A DNA stretch of 64,000 bases from the human T2T-CHM13v2.0 reference genome, Homo sapiens. The position numbers and the translations under genes are program-made. The stretch lies in NCBI RefSeq assembly GCF_009914755.1, contig NC_060942.1, one strand, 5' to 3'. This document shows positions 26,141-39,050 of the stretch, one piece after another. The notes beneath the pieces were generated by a model that worked only from the letters and a program-made list of their open reading frames with translations, was not told the DNA's origin and ran no database searches. Positions within the stretch are counted from its first letter, which is position 1. Every line of letters starts with the position of its first letter.

Positions 26141-28799
26141 GCTTCTAAGCCTTTGCTTTTGGGGTTCCTTACTTGGAACATCCTCCCTGGCTATCTTTGT
26201 CTATCAGAATGACCAGCCCTGCCCCCTGAGCCTAGCTCAGATGGTGACTGTGTGATACTTTACTTTAAAATATTTCCACATTAAAAAGTGCAGCAGGGAT
26301 GTGGGCATAACTGAACTCCAGTCCACAAGGGGTAAGCGCTTAGCATTTGAAATATCCTAATCAGGAATCAACATTCCAGAGGTAGTTATTCAGCATTCTA
26401 AGTATGCTTGAAATCTATACCAGAGGGTTTGTAAATTAGCATAAGGTATGTGAGAAATGAATTTTCATTGGTGTGACGAGTGATGTTCAAGATCAGTGAT
26501 TGGTTAGAACGATTGTCTAGGCCACACTCCCTGCATGAAGGAGATACAAGAATCAGCAACCCCATTCCCTGGGTTCAGTACTGTGCTCTAGGCCAACTGC
26601 CTGAGGGTCTCAAGGACCCTGTTTCAGGGAAGACCTCTGGTGCCTGAGTCCCCTATAATCCTGGAATATTGCAGCCTCCTCAGATGTTGGGTGTGGGCTG
26701 AGGTGTCAGAGGGCCAAGATGGGGACTTCCCTGAGCTACAAAAACTGCTCACATGACTGTGCAGGCTTGCTAATAAATTTCATCCAAGACCTGCTTAAAT
26801 TGTGTCTTACCTCCTGGTAAGGAGGTAGTGGAGAGGGGCTGCATCACCCTCCACTAATCTGGAGGTTACAGATAGTTACTGCAAGAACCTGGCAAGCAGA
26901 TGTGGCCGGTCAGCAGACAGGTCAGTCCCCCATGGGCCATGACCACTGGCCCAGGCCTCTCCCCTGTCATTTCTGTTCTCAAGGTGATGCTGACCAGGGT
27001 GAGGAGTCATCAGCCACCCCAGAGCTCAGCCAGCTCTACCAGCTTCCATCTCCCTGGTGTGTCTTCTGTCCCAGAGTCAAAGTGGCTGCATTAGGGACCT
27101 ATAAGCCACTAAGGTACTTGGTTAAGGGACATCCACATCTCCTCTCACCCTGTGACCACAACAAAGAGGGGCTCTTGTCATGCCAATTTCCTGCGTGTGC
27201 CCTGCCCTCCTCATCCTCCTAAACTCTCCTATGTCTACACACACACATTATTGGGGTTCCTGCAGGATCCATGCCTATACCAGCAAATGTGACTCTGTCA
27301 TTCCTCCAGAGTCACTGATTTTCCACACTAGCCCAATGTCATCAGTCCTGTCTCTGCCTCTGAGTCCACAGCTGCAGAATGGGAATAAAGCAGTATCTCC
27401 TCATGGGCCTGTATGTACAAACTAGTTTGTATATACAAAGTCTAGAACACTGCCTGGCATCTTGTAAGCACTTGTTAAGTATTCATTATTCCTTTTATCT
27501 TTCTTTCTTCTTAAAAAATTATTATCAAAGCTTTGTCTTAACAGGTGGGTTCATTGCACTGGTGTGAAATGAACAAATTCTGGAGGTTGTAATAGCCTTC
27601 TATTAACCAAGATAGATGTCACAAAGAGATAGATATCACAAAGACCATGCACTAATGTTCACTCCTTTACTCATTGGGGCCTTTACTTGGAACTTATTTG
27701 CTCTTGGTTTACAAGGAGTTCTAATAAGCTTGATTTGCTTCCTTACTTAACAGAGGATTAGAACAAACAAATTAGAAGGAATTTGAGGCAGGCATACCCA
27801 AACCATCAAGGAGTGACTGCTGATAGTGAAGAAAGAGTCATAGAAGTATAAGGACAAGACAAGAAAAAAAACTCAAATTCTGGGATCATTTAGGTAGGAA
27901 AAAATAGCCCCATGCCTCAGTACTTCTCAAACCATGTCATTGTTCTAAAGCCTAGGGTAATGGTTGATGTTTATAGTGATGATTTTGAGTTACTGAGAGA
28001 TTATTAACTGATTTTTAGCATGCTTTGTTTAATGAGGCAGGAAAGTATGTGATATGCTTTAGAACTTCCAACATAGTGGTGAATGTTAAAGTTTTGATGC
28101 TGAGAGTGATCAATCATGCTCTTGTTATTTGTTAAAGCAATTTATATAATTTATATAACATATCCAGTTCTCACTTCATACCGGATAAATAAGGCATCAC
28201 TTTCCATGGTTAGTAATTGCAAAATACCCCTAATCCATGAGGTATAAGCTTGCTTAGTCTTTTAGAAAAACAACTCCCAAATCTGACTCTTGCTAAATCC
28301 TAAACAGTTTTATAGATACATGTGAGAACAGAGCGTGTAGAATAATCGATCTGAGAAAGAGACTGATACTTGTAAATAAAGCAGCCCCTTTTCTAAGTTC
28401 TATGTTTAACTTCTACTTTTTGTCTTGGTCTAAAAGACGTTATCCACTGTTAGGTTTTGCTGAGTTTGGAGCAGATATATTTTAGTATGAGGGAAAGAGC
28501 ATGGGTATTTCACTGCGTTGCTGTGCTCAAGTTTCCCTTGGCTGTTAACAGCTGCCAGTCTCAAGAGTGCAATGGCCTGGAGCAGGGGGCTTTGCCCCAC
28601 TGGTGACTAGGATGTGATCCGGTCTGGACTCTGACTTGTCTTGTGCAGAGACACATAAATTCATCAACAGCTAAGGGATTTGAGGCTCTGTAACAAATGA
28701 TAGTGCAAGAGACAGAGCCTTAAATTATTGAACATATTTCTCTATTAAGGAGCAGAGGGTGCAGGAGGATGGTAGTTACAGCCTGACATTACTGCCATA

Positions 28800-29020
28800 G
28801 ACTCTGCCACCTACTGAGCTCTCACTATGTACCAGGCCCTGTGCACACATCAACGCTTTGATGCAGATGCCATCAACCCTACAAGGCAGATGCTTTATAT
28901 AATGAGGAAACTGAGGCTCAGAGATGTTAAGTGACTTATGTAAAGTCACACAACTAAGTACAGAGGAGATCAAGTTGAAATCCAGATCTGTCTGCCTCTC
29001 TGGGCCATGCTTTTAACTAC
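28800..29020 (-). mobile_element. MIR
   Basis: ATGAGGAAACTGAGGCTCAGAGATGTTAAGTGACTT. Confidence 0.85.
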
Positions 29021-30254
29021 TGGATGGGCACTGGGGAAACATCTTTTCCCTGGGACCAGCTCAGCCTTGGTCTTTGTGCAGAGTAAAGAGGCAGCAGAGG
29101 GCTCCCAGGAAGATTCAGGTACTGCTCTGAGGGAGAAATGTCAGGGACAAAGATTTGGATCCATTTGGAAGGGATCTTGAGGAAACATGGGTTATATTAC
29201 TTCTCCTAGAGGTGGGTCCTCTGCTCTAGGGCCCAACAAAACCAGTCAGCAGTGGAAGCTGCTTCCACCTTGCAAGAGAAACTCTTTATGCCCCTGCTCC
29301 TATGGCCAGCGTGTTTGTCCTCAAAAGTTTTTCCAGGGTCACTTCTAACTGGGCAGTTTGCCGATCTCCTTAGATATTCAGTTCAGGCCTGAGGTGGTTT
29401 TCATTTGGGATGTCTCTCAGAGGGGCAGTTGAGCTGTCATTCCTTCCAGGGAACAAGAAGCAGGAGGTAGAGGGGAGGAGGACCCATGGCCCAGCCTCCT
29501 TCCGGGGCAGGCCTTCCCTAGCAGAGTGCCTGCGCTCGTTCCTCCATACAGCTCACCTGGTTGCCACTCTCCTGCTCCAGCGAACATGGCAGCCTCTGTC
29601 CCATGTCTCAGTCTGGTCTCACTTCCTCCTGGATCTTCTTGTTCTTTAGGTTAGTGGCAGTCAGAGGGAAAGATAAGAGATCACGAACTCAAAGGGGAAG
29701 AGTCATGAGGGCAGACTCTGGCTTGGTCCACATGCTTTGGCAAGGCATCCTGAACCACAGGAAAGTCTGGGCTGCAGCAGAAAATAAGGGCTTACATTTC
29801 TCATGGAGTCAAAGAAAAAGGAGGTGGCGGGGGCGGGGGTGGCAGAAATAACAGGTATCATGATAAAACAAGAGCACTGCAGAGGGAATGGGAACGTGCC
29901 CTGGAGTCAGACAGACATGGGGAGAACCCCGCCTGCCACTGGCTGTGTGATTGTGGACATGGTCTTAGTTTTTGATGGCGATTTGACAGATATAAGCAAA
30001 GGAATCCTGGCAAAGAACAGTGGGGGAATATTATAGACCAGGTGAAAGGGGCCAGATTTTTGAGGGTCTTAAGTGTCAAGCAGAGGAGTTGGGATTTTGT
30101 CTTTAATACACTAGGGATTTTGTCTTTAATACACTAGTGAGCAGGGATGTTGCCTGTTCAAAGTAGTGCTTGAGTGAGATTAGCCTAGCAATGTTACATT
30201 CCGTTTACATTCATGCCTGCATCTAGAAAAGTAATGCAAAAATGCTGCCCTATC

Positions 30255-30848
30255 TATTGGTAGCCTGGGATGACTAACGGTGGTCTTCAGTGCTATCTAC
30301 CAAATATTTCTAATTTTCTGCCTTCTGGGAACATAGCATTGCATTTTCCTGTCTGCTTCAAAGTTAGGTGTGACTGTGTGACCTACCTAAACCAAGGCTG
30401 GGATTGGCAAACTTTTTCTTAAAGGACTAGGTAGAAAATATTTTCAGCTTATGGGCCATACAGTCTCTTTTGCAACTACTCAACTTTGCTGTTGAAGTAC
30501 GGAAGCAGTCACAGATACTGTGCAATGGGGCAGGCATAGCTGTGTGGCAGTAAAACTTCATGTAGAAAAACAGGCAGCTGTCCAATGTGTGTGAGCAGAA
30601 GTGACACTTTTGGACAGAAGCTCTAAGAGCTGGTGCCCAGTTCACTGCCGCTGCTGTAATCCTGGAGGCACATGTGAAAGTTCAAAGCCTGTGTCAGGCT
30701 GGGACCCCAAGTGACTACGTGAGCCGAGTCCCTGTCAGTGCATGTTGCACACATAGCGTGGTTAAGAAATAAACCTGGCAGTGTTAAGCCAGTGCGATTT
30801 TGATGCTGTTTCTTACTGCAGCATAACCTCTCTCTGCGGAATGATACA
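30255..30848 (+). mobile_element. MLT1 (I/J-type) LTR interrupted by MER58A
   Basis: GCAGAAGTGACAC...AAGAAATAAACC...TGTTAAGCCA...TTACTGCAGCATAACCT...TGATACA. Confidence 0.7.
30396..30585 (+). mobile_element. MER58A (hAT-Charlie), right end truncated
   Basis: GGCAAACTTTTTCT...GGGCCATACAGTCTCT...GCAACTACTCAACT...AAAAACAGGCAGC. Confidence 0.85.
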
Positions 30849-30894
30849 GTATCATCTTTGTATGCAAAGCATCACATCACCATTCTCTTAGTCC

Positions 30895-31170
30895 TCATCA
30901 TTACAGCTGACATTTAATAAACACTTACTATGTGCCAAATACTAATGGGGCCAGGGGGGAGGGGACTTTACTAACATCATTTCAATAATTCCTTCTCACA
31001 ACCACACGACATGAGTACTGTGATTATACCCATTTTTGCAGAAAAAGAAAATGGAATTTTCGAGAGGTGAATTAACTTGCTTACGATCTCACAAATGGTT
31101 AAGTGGAGGAAGTAGGATATGAGCCCAGATCTTCTCATTCTAAATCTAAAGTTCTTCAGCTCTGTGTATC
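30895..31170 (-). mobile_element. MIR (probable donor of the local duplication at 33678-33829)
   Basis: CACTTACTATGTGCCA...CCCATTTTTGCAGA...GAGAGGTGAATTAACTTGC. Confidence 0.75.
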
Positions 31171-32468
31171 CTGCCTCAGGTCCAGGCCTTTGGATTTTTT
31201 CTTTTATCTCTTGTCCCCTTTGCTACTTTGATCACTGTTCTTGGCTGTGTGTGTTATTTTGACGTGATCCACAGTGGCCCTGTGACAGGGCAAGAATGAA
31301 GAATCTTGCCTCCAGAAAAGCGCTGCTCTGAGCAGTGGAGGTGAGAGGAAATAGCCTGGAGGGACGAATTGGGTTACCAGTTCTGACGCACACAGTAAGA
31401 AGGCCACGTGGTGATTGGCAGATCCTTAGGAACCGCTCTCAGTCATGTACCCATGTATTTCCATCAGTCATCCAAGGCCAATTGTCATCTTTCCATTCTC
31501 AGCCATGTTCATGTCTTTTTTGACAGGAAAAAATCATTTACATTCTGGAACTGTCTTAAGAAACTGTGCTACTCCCCTTCCTGGCCTGAATAAGCTGTGA
31601 CTGTCATCTCTGATGGGTTTAAAGACAATTTACCAATCTTGTATTGCAACAGCCTTCATCTATTGGACCCTATAATAAGAAGCCACATAATGAGTTCTTA
31701 TAATTTGCAAGAGCTACCATTGAAGACACTATCCATTATGCTATTTAATATCCCTCACTTAAAGTCTCATTTAATTAATTTTTCTATTTAGTATCATGGA
31801 ATTTTTTCAATAAAATTATACCTTTCCCTAATCAAAAATGAGCATTACATAACCAATTACATTTCCCTTTTTACCTTGCCCGTTGGAAACCAGGATTTAC
31901 TTGATACTTGAAAATATAACTGTTTTGACTGAGGATCATGGTGGATAATGTTTACTCATTCTCCCCCTGCTCCTCCTTCACCCCTGAGGATTCAGATATC
32001 TGTTTCTGACTTTAAGTTTTAAATGTATAACATTTTATTGTAGGTCACTGAAAATCCTTCTTGGAAGTAGATAAGATGTCAATTATAATTTATAACTTCA
32101 CTAGGCCATGTGATAGCAAGTCAGTGAGTAGAGTGGAGTTAACATTCCGAGCTTCTGCTTCCCTCATCCTGGTTGAGAGTTCTTGTTGTTTATCATCTGA
32201 GAGTGTCATCCCTCAGTGTGGGATACCTTGAAGATACAGATCCACTTCCTTTTTTTTACAATGACAACTCAAGGTGTTATCTTTGTTCTAAACTCACTTC
32301 ATGCAGGGACCAATGATCCAAAAGAGAGATTTTGGGGGCCATCAGATTTGATGAAATTAGTCACAGCAGCAGATGCTTTTTATCAAGCACTTGCTTGCCA
32401 GACATTATACTGCCCATTTTGCATGCTGTATTATGTTTACCCCTCCAGCCTGTGAGATATGTCTTCTT

Positions 32469-33184
32469 TTTTTTATTTTATTTTATTATTATTTTTTTTT
32501 AGTATTTATTGATCATTCTTGGGTGTTTCTCACAGAGGGGGATTTGGCAGGGTCATAGGACAATAGTGGAGGGAAGGTCAGCAGATAAACAAGTGAACAA
32601 GGGTATCTGGGTTTCCTGGGCAGGGGACCCTGTGGCCTTCCGCAGTGTTTGTGTCCCTGGGTACTTGAGATTAGGGAGTGGTGATGACTCTTAACGAGCA
32701 TGCTGCCTTCAAGCATCTGTTTAACAAAGCACATCTTGCACCACCCTTAATCCATTTAACCCTGAGTGGACACAGCACATGTTTCAGAGAGCAGGGGGTT
32801 GGGGGTAAGGTTATAGATTAACAGCATCCCAAGGCAGAAGAATTTTTCTTAGTACAGAACAAAATGGAGTCTCCTATGTCTACTTCTTTCTACACAGACA
32901 GCAACAATCTGATTTCTCTATCTTTTCCCCACATTTCCCCCTTTTCTATTCGACAAAACCGCCATCGTCATCATGGCCCGTTCTCAATGAGCTGTTGGGT
33001 ACACCTCCCACACGGGGTGGCGGCCGGGCAGAGGGGCTCCTCACTTCCCAGAAGGGGCGGCCAGGCAGAGGCGCCCCCCACCTCCCGGGCGGGGCGGCGG
33101 CCGGGCGGAGGCGCCCCCCACCTCCCAGACGGGGCGGCTGGCCGGGCGGGGGCTGCCCCCCGCCTCCCTCCCGGACGGGGCAGC
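32469..33184 (-). mobile_element. SVA, 5'-truncated (poly-A, SINE-R, partial VNTR; B/C-like)
   Basis: TTTATTGATCATTCTTGGGTGTTTCTC SINE-R end, GC-rich VNTR units (CCCCCCACCTCCC...GGGGCGGC), perfect 15-bp TSD GAGATATGTCTTCTT at 32454-32468 and 33185-33199. Confidence 0.98.
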
Positions 33185-33843
33185 GAGATATGTCTTCTTC
33201 TTGGGCTGGGGAAACTGAGGCTCATGTAGGTAAAGTGACTTGCCAGGACACACAGTCAAGGAGAGGCTCACACGGTCAAGGAGATTTAAACACAGGTGTT
33301 TGTGACGAGAATGCACTCCTTCTACTTTGCCACTATCGATTCTTGATGATCATGAGGATGTCAGGTACTGTTCTTCTACATGCTAGGTACTATTCTAAGT
33401 GCTTGATTGTATTAATGTCCCTATGATAGGTTCTGCTACCACCATTTTACCATGGGGAAACCAAGGCACAGAGAGGTTAAGTAACTTGCCATAGGTCACA
33501 TAGGTAGTAAATGGTGGAGGGAGGATTTGAATCTAGACAGTTTGGCTCTAAGGCCCACTTGTTTGCTATGCTGTACTCTCTTTGGTCATATTGGTCTGTA
33601 GATATGGTGGATATATCAGACAGAAAAATTAAGATCTTGGGTCATGAAGCCTGGATCCTGGTTCCCATTCTGCCAGATACTATGTGCCAAGTAGTACAGA
33701 TAGGACTTTACCAACATCGCTCCAATAATTCCTTCTCACAACCATATAACATGGGTACTGTTATTATACCCATTTTTGCAGAAAAGGAAATGGAATTTTG
33801 CAAGAGGTGAATTAACTTGTCTACGATCTTGTCACCTCCCTTC

Positions 33844-34453
33844 TGTACCAACCAGGGTCATGGTTAGAAGACCAGAACCACACCATTTACTTTAGCAGAG
33901 TTTAAGGAGGGAGTTGGTTAAACAGGCATGGGAGGCCTACCCTGAGGTAACATAGAGATATAACCACAGGAAGCAGCCGCCACCCCCAAGGCCAAGGGAA
34001 CAGAGGACAGAAGCTTGGAGAAGTGGGGCTCATAGAACTACAGCTCAGCCTTCAGAGGAGGGACCATCACTTGGCTGGTGTCGGTATCTTAGGTCCTTGC
34101 AGGAGGGCCTCCCAGAGCAGAGGCTCAGACCTTGGAGAACTGGGCACTGCCCAGAGGCTGCTGGTACCTCTGAGGGGTATGGTGAGGCTGGTTCTGGGAG
34201 TGTGGGAAAATGGGAAACCACAACCAAGTTCAACGCCAGGGTGAAGAGCCATCACTGGGTGAGCTGCAGGAGCAGCCCTCCTCCTGCCTTGCAGCCTCCC
34301 TCTAGTGCCCCCTGTTGGCAGAAACAACAGAGAGCCAGCTGTCAAGGAGCACTGTGATTTGCAGATTTTCTGATTTCCAGCCCAGTATAATTGAACAGAG
34401 ACTAGAAGGGATCGTTCAGGGCTGAGAGACAAGAGCTTCATAAATGGTAGACG
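33844..34453 (-). mobile_element. LTR41-type (ERVL) solo LTR
   Basis: Minus strand reads TTGTCTCTCAGCCC...CTGCAAA...CAGCTGGCTC...TCTGCCAACAGGGGGCACTAGAGGGAGGCTGCAAGGC, matching LTR41 as I recall it. Confidence 0.8.
34303..34320 (-). promoter_or_regulatory. CTCF motif in LTR41
   Basis: Minus strand TGCCAACAGGGGGCACTA versus consensus GGCCACCAGGGGGCGCTA. Confidence 0.65.
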
Positions 34454-36827
34454 TTATTGTGCTGCCATTTCTTTATTGATAAAACGATGAGACTGAACAG
34501 ATGGTGTGCAGGGAGCGAATGATACTCCCGTTTACCCCCTCTCCTGGGCTTCTATCACAGCAAAAAGATATAACTGATCAAGTTCTCCTCTCCTTCTCCC
34601 CTTTCTCCACTTGACAGTGAGCATCTTGAGGCCTAATATGTTACTTCTCCCAGTAATTGTCTAGTGCAAAGGACAGTTCTTGGTGAGGGCTGCTATTCTA
34701 TGCTTGAACTATATAACTACCAGATTTGGACATGTACTTAGGTCACCAACTATTTAATGACCACCGAGGGTGTGTCCAGCCCTGGGCCAGGGACTGCAGA
34801 GAAGAAGGACATGCTTGAGGTGTTGACTGGCTGTGAATGAACTGACAGTCTTCTTACATGAGTGACATGAACCCAACAAGCAAAGAGCAGGTTCTCGCTT
34901 ACGTGACAAAATGTCTCAAATTTGGGTAGGTTCAGGTAGAGTTTGAGTTCAGGAAAGGGAGCATGATCACATGACTTGGAGTAATTGTTTCTTACCAACC
35001 TCCAATATACTCACTTAGAGACACCATTTCTCCAAAAGTATGTGTGCTTGGAAAAGCTATTTTATTCTGCCATCTCTAGAGGCTCCCAGTGTTGTGCCTT
35101 CCTTGGCATCTTCTTCCCGTCATGAGCCCAATAACGTGCAACTTATCATGTTTTAAAAAATTAAGGTGGAGATATCAAGAGAACATTCAGAAGTTACTTG
35201 CTCATGGCTGCAGAAAATCTGCAACAGAGAAATCACCTTAGGAGCAGCCCTGGGTGCATCTTCACCAAATGAGTGAGCACAGCTGACCTTTTGCTAGAAG
35301 GTGTCGCTGAGCTCCTTATCTAGGCCCAGGCCAGAATGTAACCTTGCAGATAAGATCCCATGGGAGAGCTGCCCATCTCTCTGACAGTGGGAACATTGTT
35401 CCCTGGCCTCAGGGAAGGCTTCAGGGAGTCATTTAATGACGTAGCGTTTGATCTTCAGGGTTTGCAGAGAAAGATAAAATGGCCCAGAGGAAATGAAAAC
35501 ATTCCTCTGGAGTCACCTGCCCACGTCAGCAAGATGCAGGAACACTGGATTGAACAACTGAGAAGTACTCTGGTGCTTGCTGGATTCTTTGAGATGATCA
35601 CACCATTGACATCACTTTCCCTGATCAGAATACTGACTCTTTATGCAGGAATGGGGCTGTTCTTTACATAGAGCCCTCAGGCACACTCCATAATCTTTAA
35701 AGATCGAAGTATGAGTTACATAAAACAAACCCCAGGAACCTGAAATGCATAGCTTGACAGAGTTTTCACATGTTTACACTATGTGACCAGATAAGGTCAT
35801 AGACTATTTCTAGTACCCTAGAAGACTTCTTTAGGCTCCCTCCTAGGAAGCTCTCTTCACCCTCCCATTCTGACCTTAGATTAGTTTTGTCTGATCTTGA
35901 ATTTTATATTTTATGGATTTTAGAAGAGAATACTCATTTATGTCTGGATCTTTTGCTGAATATTGTACAATTTCATTTTTACTGATGGAGAGACTGGATA
36001 CAAGTTCAGAGAAGTGTTATGGCCTGAACAAGGTTTTACACCTGCAGTCCTATAATATTTTCCATTTCACAGCTAATTCGCTATAATCCATATATCCAGC
36101 CATGCATACCTCCATTCATCTAAACCTATCATAAGCAATGGCTTTGTGTCAGGGATAATTCTAGGTCTTGGACATATAGATATGAGTATGTCACCCCTAC
36201 CCTCAGGGAGCTCCCAGTATAGCGGGAGAGAAAGATTTCAGGTGGATAATTAAACAGGACTTGTGAGGGCATAGAACAAGAGCTGTATATTTATGTGCAT
36301 ACTGAGAGGAGGAATCTGTGACTGGAGGGCTCATCATGGAAGGGATGACATTAGAGCAGAATTGCATTCTTGGACATTTTTCTTGTTTTTTCTTGCCAGC
36401 AGGGATGCAAATTCTAAGAAGACAGGATTGGGGTCATCTTCTGTGTACATCCTATAGCACCCTGCAGTCATGGAGCTAGCAGGAAATTATTGCTGAATTC
36501 ACAGCCTACAACCTTTAAACATTGTGAAATGTCTTCTCTAAGGGCATGAGTAGTACACCTAGAATCTTCTAACTAGACAGAAAGCAGAAAGTGACAGGTT
36601 CCCATCTTGAGTGATTTGATTAGATACTTAGAAAGGCTATAAAGATCTTTGGCAAACAACAATGCCAGTTTCTGCAGAGTTCCTGGTGTGGAACCTTGTA
36701 GCCGGAGAAACATAAGGCCCTGGATGAATCTCTGAAAATCGTGTCTGCCAACTTGCTTCTCTAGGTGAAGCAAGTGAGAACTTTTACAAGACTTTTTTTC
36801 ATCCTTACAGGACATTAGAAAACACAT

Positions 36828-37407
36828 TGTGGCAAACACATCCTAAGGTGACTTGCAATGAATATAACCCCTTTATAGTAGCCCCCCTGTATAATCCTCT
36901 CCCTTGATCATGGCAGATCCTGTGCATCTAACCAATAGAATATGGCAAAAGTAATGGGGTGTCACTCCTATGATCATGTTATGTTATAGAAGACTCTGTC
37001 TTAGCAGACAGAAGAGAGTGTCTCTTGTTGGCTTTGAAAAAGCACACAGCCGTGTGTGAGAGGGCCTGTGAAGAGAGCCACATGGCGGGAAGCTGTGTGT
37101 GGCCTCTAAGACCTGAGTAGCCTCCAGCCAGTGGTCAGTAAGAAGCTGGGTCCCTAAATCCTACAGCTGCCAGGAAATAAATTCTGCCAACAACCTGAAT
37201 GAGCTTGGATTCTTCCCCAGGCAAGCCTCCAGATGAGAATGCAGCCCATTTGACACTTTGATTGAAGCCTTGTGACCCCGGAGCAGAGGACCCAACTAAA
37301 TTGTGTCTACACTCCTTACCCACAGAAACTGGGATATCATTAATATGTGTTGTTTTAAGCTGCTAAATTTATAGTGATTTGTTACAAAGCAATAGATAAC
37401 TAATACA
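36828..37407 (+). mobile_element. MLT1E-type solo LTR
   Basis: TAACCAATAGAATATGGCAAA...TTCTGCCAACAACCTGAATGAGCTTGGA...GCAATAGATAACTAATACA. Confidence 0.9.
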
Positions 37408-37650
37408 TGCACGTATCTGCAAACACTGATTGTCTCAAAACAATCCTTGTGTGACACATAGTTCTACAGAGATTGTAAGTCTTATATACACCATACATAG
37501 GCTGTAGAATAATAACCAATGAATTATTTTTATGATTTGAAGTAGCATTTTACTTTTATACTATTGTGGGCTCTGACTTATCTAGGAAGTAAACCAGGGC
37601 ATTGCATTGTTTAGGACATAAGTTTAATTGCCCTAAGAGAGACCCTAAAT

Positions 37651-39050
37651 CAGCCCCTTTTCTAACATTTGTAGAGCTCAGGACAAGAAGACAAATGAAT
37701 GAAATACCATGTCTAAGTAATTAAAAGTTATAAATTGCTGTTTAATATATTCTATTCAACTATATTGACAATATATCTTTATAGTGACATGTGGAAAGCT
37801 ATGGTCTTGATATCATTGAAAGTTGGCAAAATGTTAAAGGTAATAGAATTTATTATTATGCCTGTTGGGTATTCTGCTAATGGACAATGTTTGGATGAAA
37901 CAATAACATATACATATAATTCATAAATTATATATACTATAGCAAATTTTCTTGCCTTCATTTCAGAATAATCCTTAATTAATGTTGCTTTATATAACTA
38001 GTGTTCAGTTGTCAGTAAGGACCTAAAAGACTAAAAAATTAAATGTGTGTCAAATTTGAATGAATTACTATCAAAATGTAAATTTAAACTAATAAATCAA
38101 AATTAAAACATTCTAAATTAATGTTTTTCAAAAATTTTAAACAGTATTTAAAATATCTAAATATCTAAAATTTAAGATCAAAACACATGAATAATACCAA
38201 ATTTTAAATTTAAATTTAAATAAGGTTGAAATTGTTACTTAATTTTTAAAACACTTATTTGAATCATATTTTTATAAAAATAAAACCATTTTTAACTCTA
38301 GCTTTTCAAGTATATGTAGTTGCCAATATAAAGGATCAGTTTCACCTGTATCAAAATATCCCGTATACCTCATAAATATGTACACCTACTACATACCCAC
38401 AAAAATTAAAAATTTTAAAAAATCAGTTTCACATGTCACACGTATTATCTCTAGACCTATCTAGATGTGTATATATTTAAAGGTTACGAATTGTTTAATA
38501 TTGCAAACTATTCCATAACTTTCATATGTAACTCTTGTGGTTATCACACTACTTCAGTGGTACTGGTAGAATCAAGAATTGGAATATGAATAGAATCAAG
38601 AAAATGAGGATTCTTCCCTTCTGGGAAGCAATACTTCTTGGTTATTCAGGAATCTGTTACATTGCTGGTCTCTGAGGGAGGAGTTGTTGAGTCAATACTT
38701 AAGGGCTGGCACTGCTCAGATTCTCCCTGTACTCTGCGTCTGTCTCTGATGTTGGCGATGTCACAATCCCCAATCTTTCACAACATTTGGACACAGTAGC
38801 CTTTTGTTTTGAGGACTAGGGCAAGAGATGTGGAGAAATGTTTCCCTGAAGGCTGAACATTAGTCACATAAGTGGATGTTCAGGTGCCCACTAGCTCGTG
38901 CTGTGTCGGTGCCCAGCACTGGGTCCTGAGCCACTGGGTGCTCATGTGTTCTTTCATAATTGTGTTGGGGGGGGAGATCCAGGGCTTCCTGATGAAGGGA
39001 TCCAGTGCACACGCCCTCTTCTGTCTAAGTTGTGGTGGAAGCTGCAGCCC
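37651..39050. mobile_element. hAT-Tip100 fossil (Zaphod/MER115-like)
   Basis: Left end GGACAAGAAGACAAATG...ATGTCTAAGTAATTAAAAGTTATAAAT resembles MER115; minus-strand remnant TLIKDYSEMKARKF resembles a hAT transposase C-terminus. Confidence 0.6.
38346..38421 (+). mobile_element. Extremely 5'-truncated L1MA-type insertion
   Basis: CTGTATCAAAATATC...CATAAATATGTACACCTACTACATACCCACAAAAATTAAAAA flanked by TSD ATCAGTTTCAC. Confidence 0.88.

Noticed and set aside
32995-33200. CpG-island-like promoter and Gly/Arg/Pro-rich ORFs
   Set aside because: Entirely explained by the SVA VNTR
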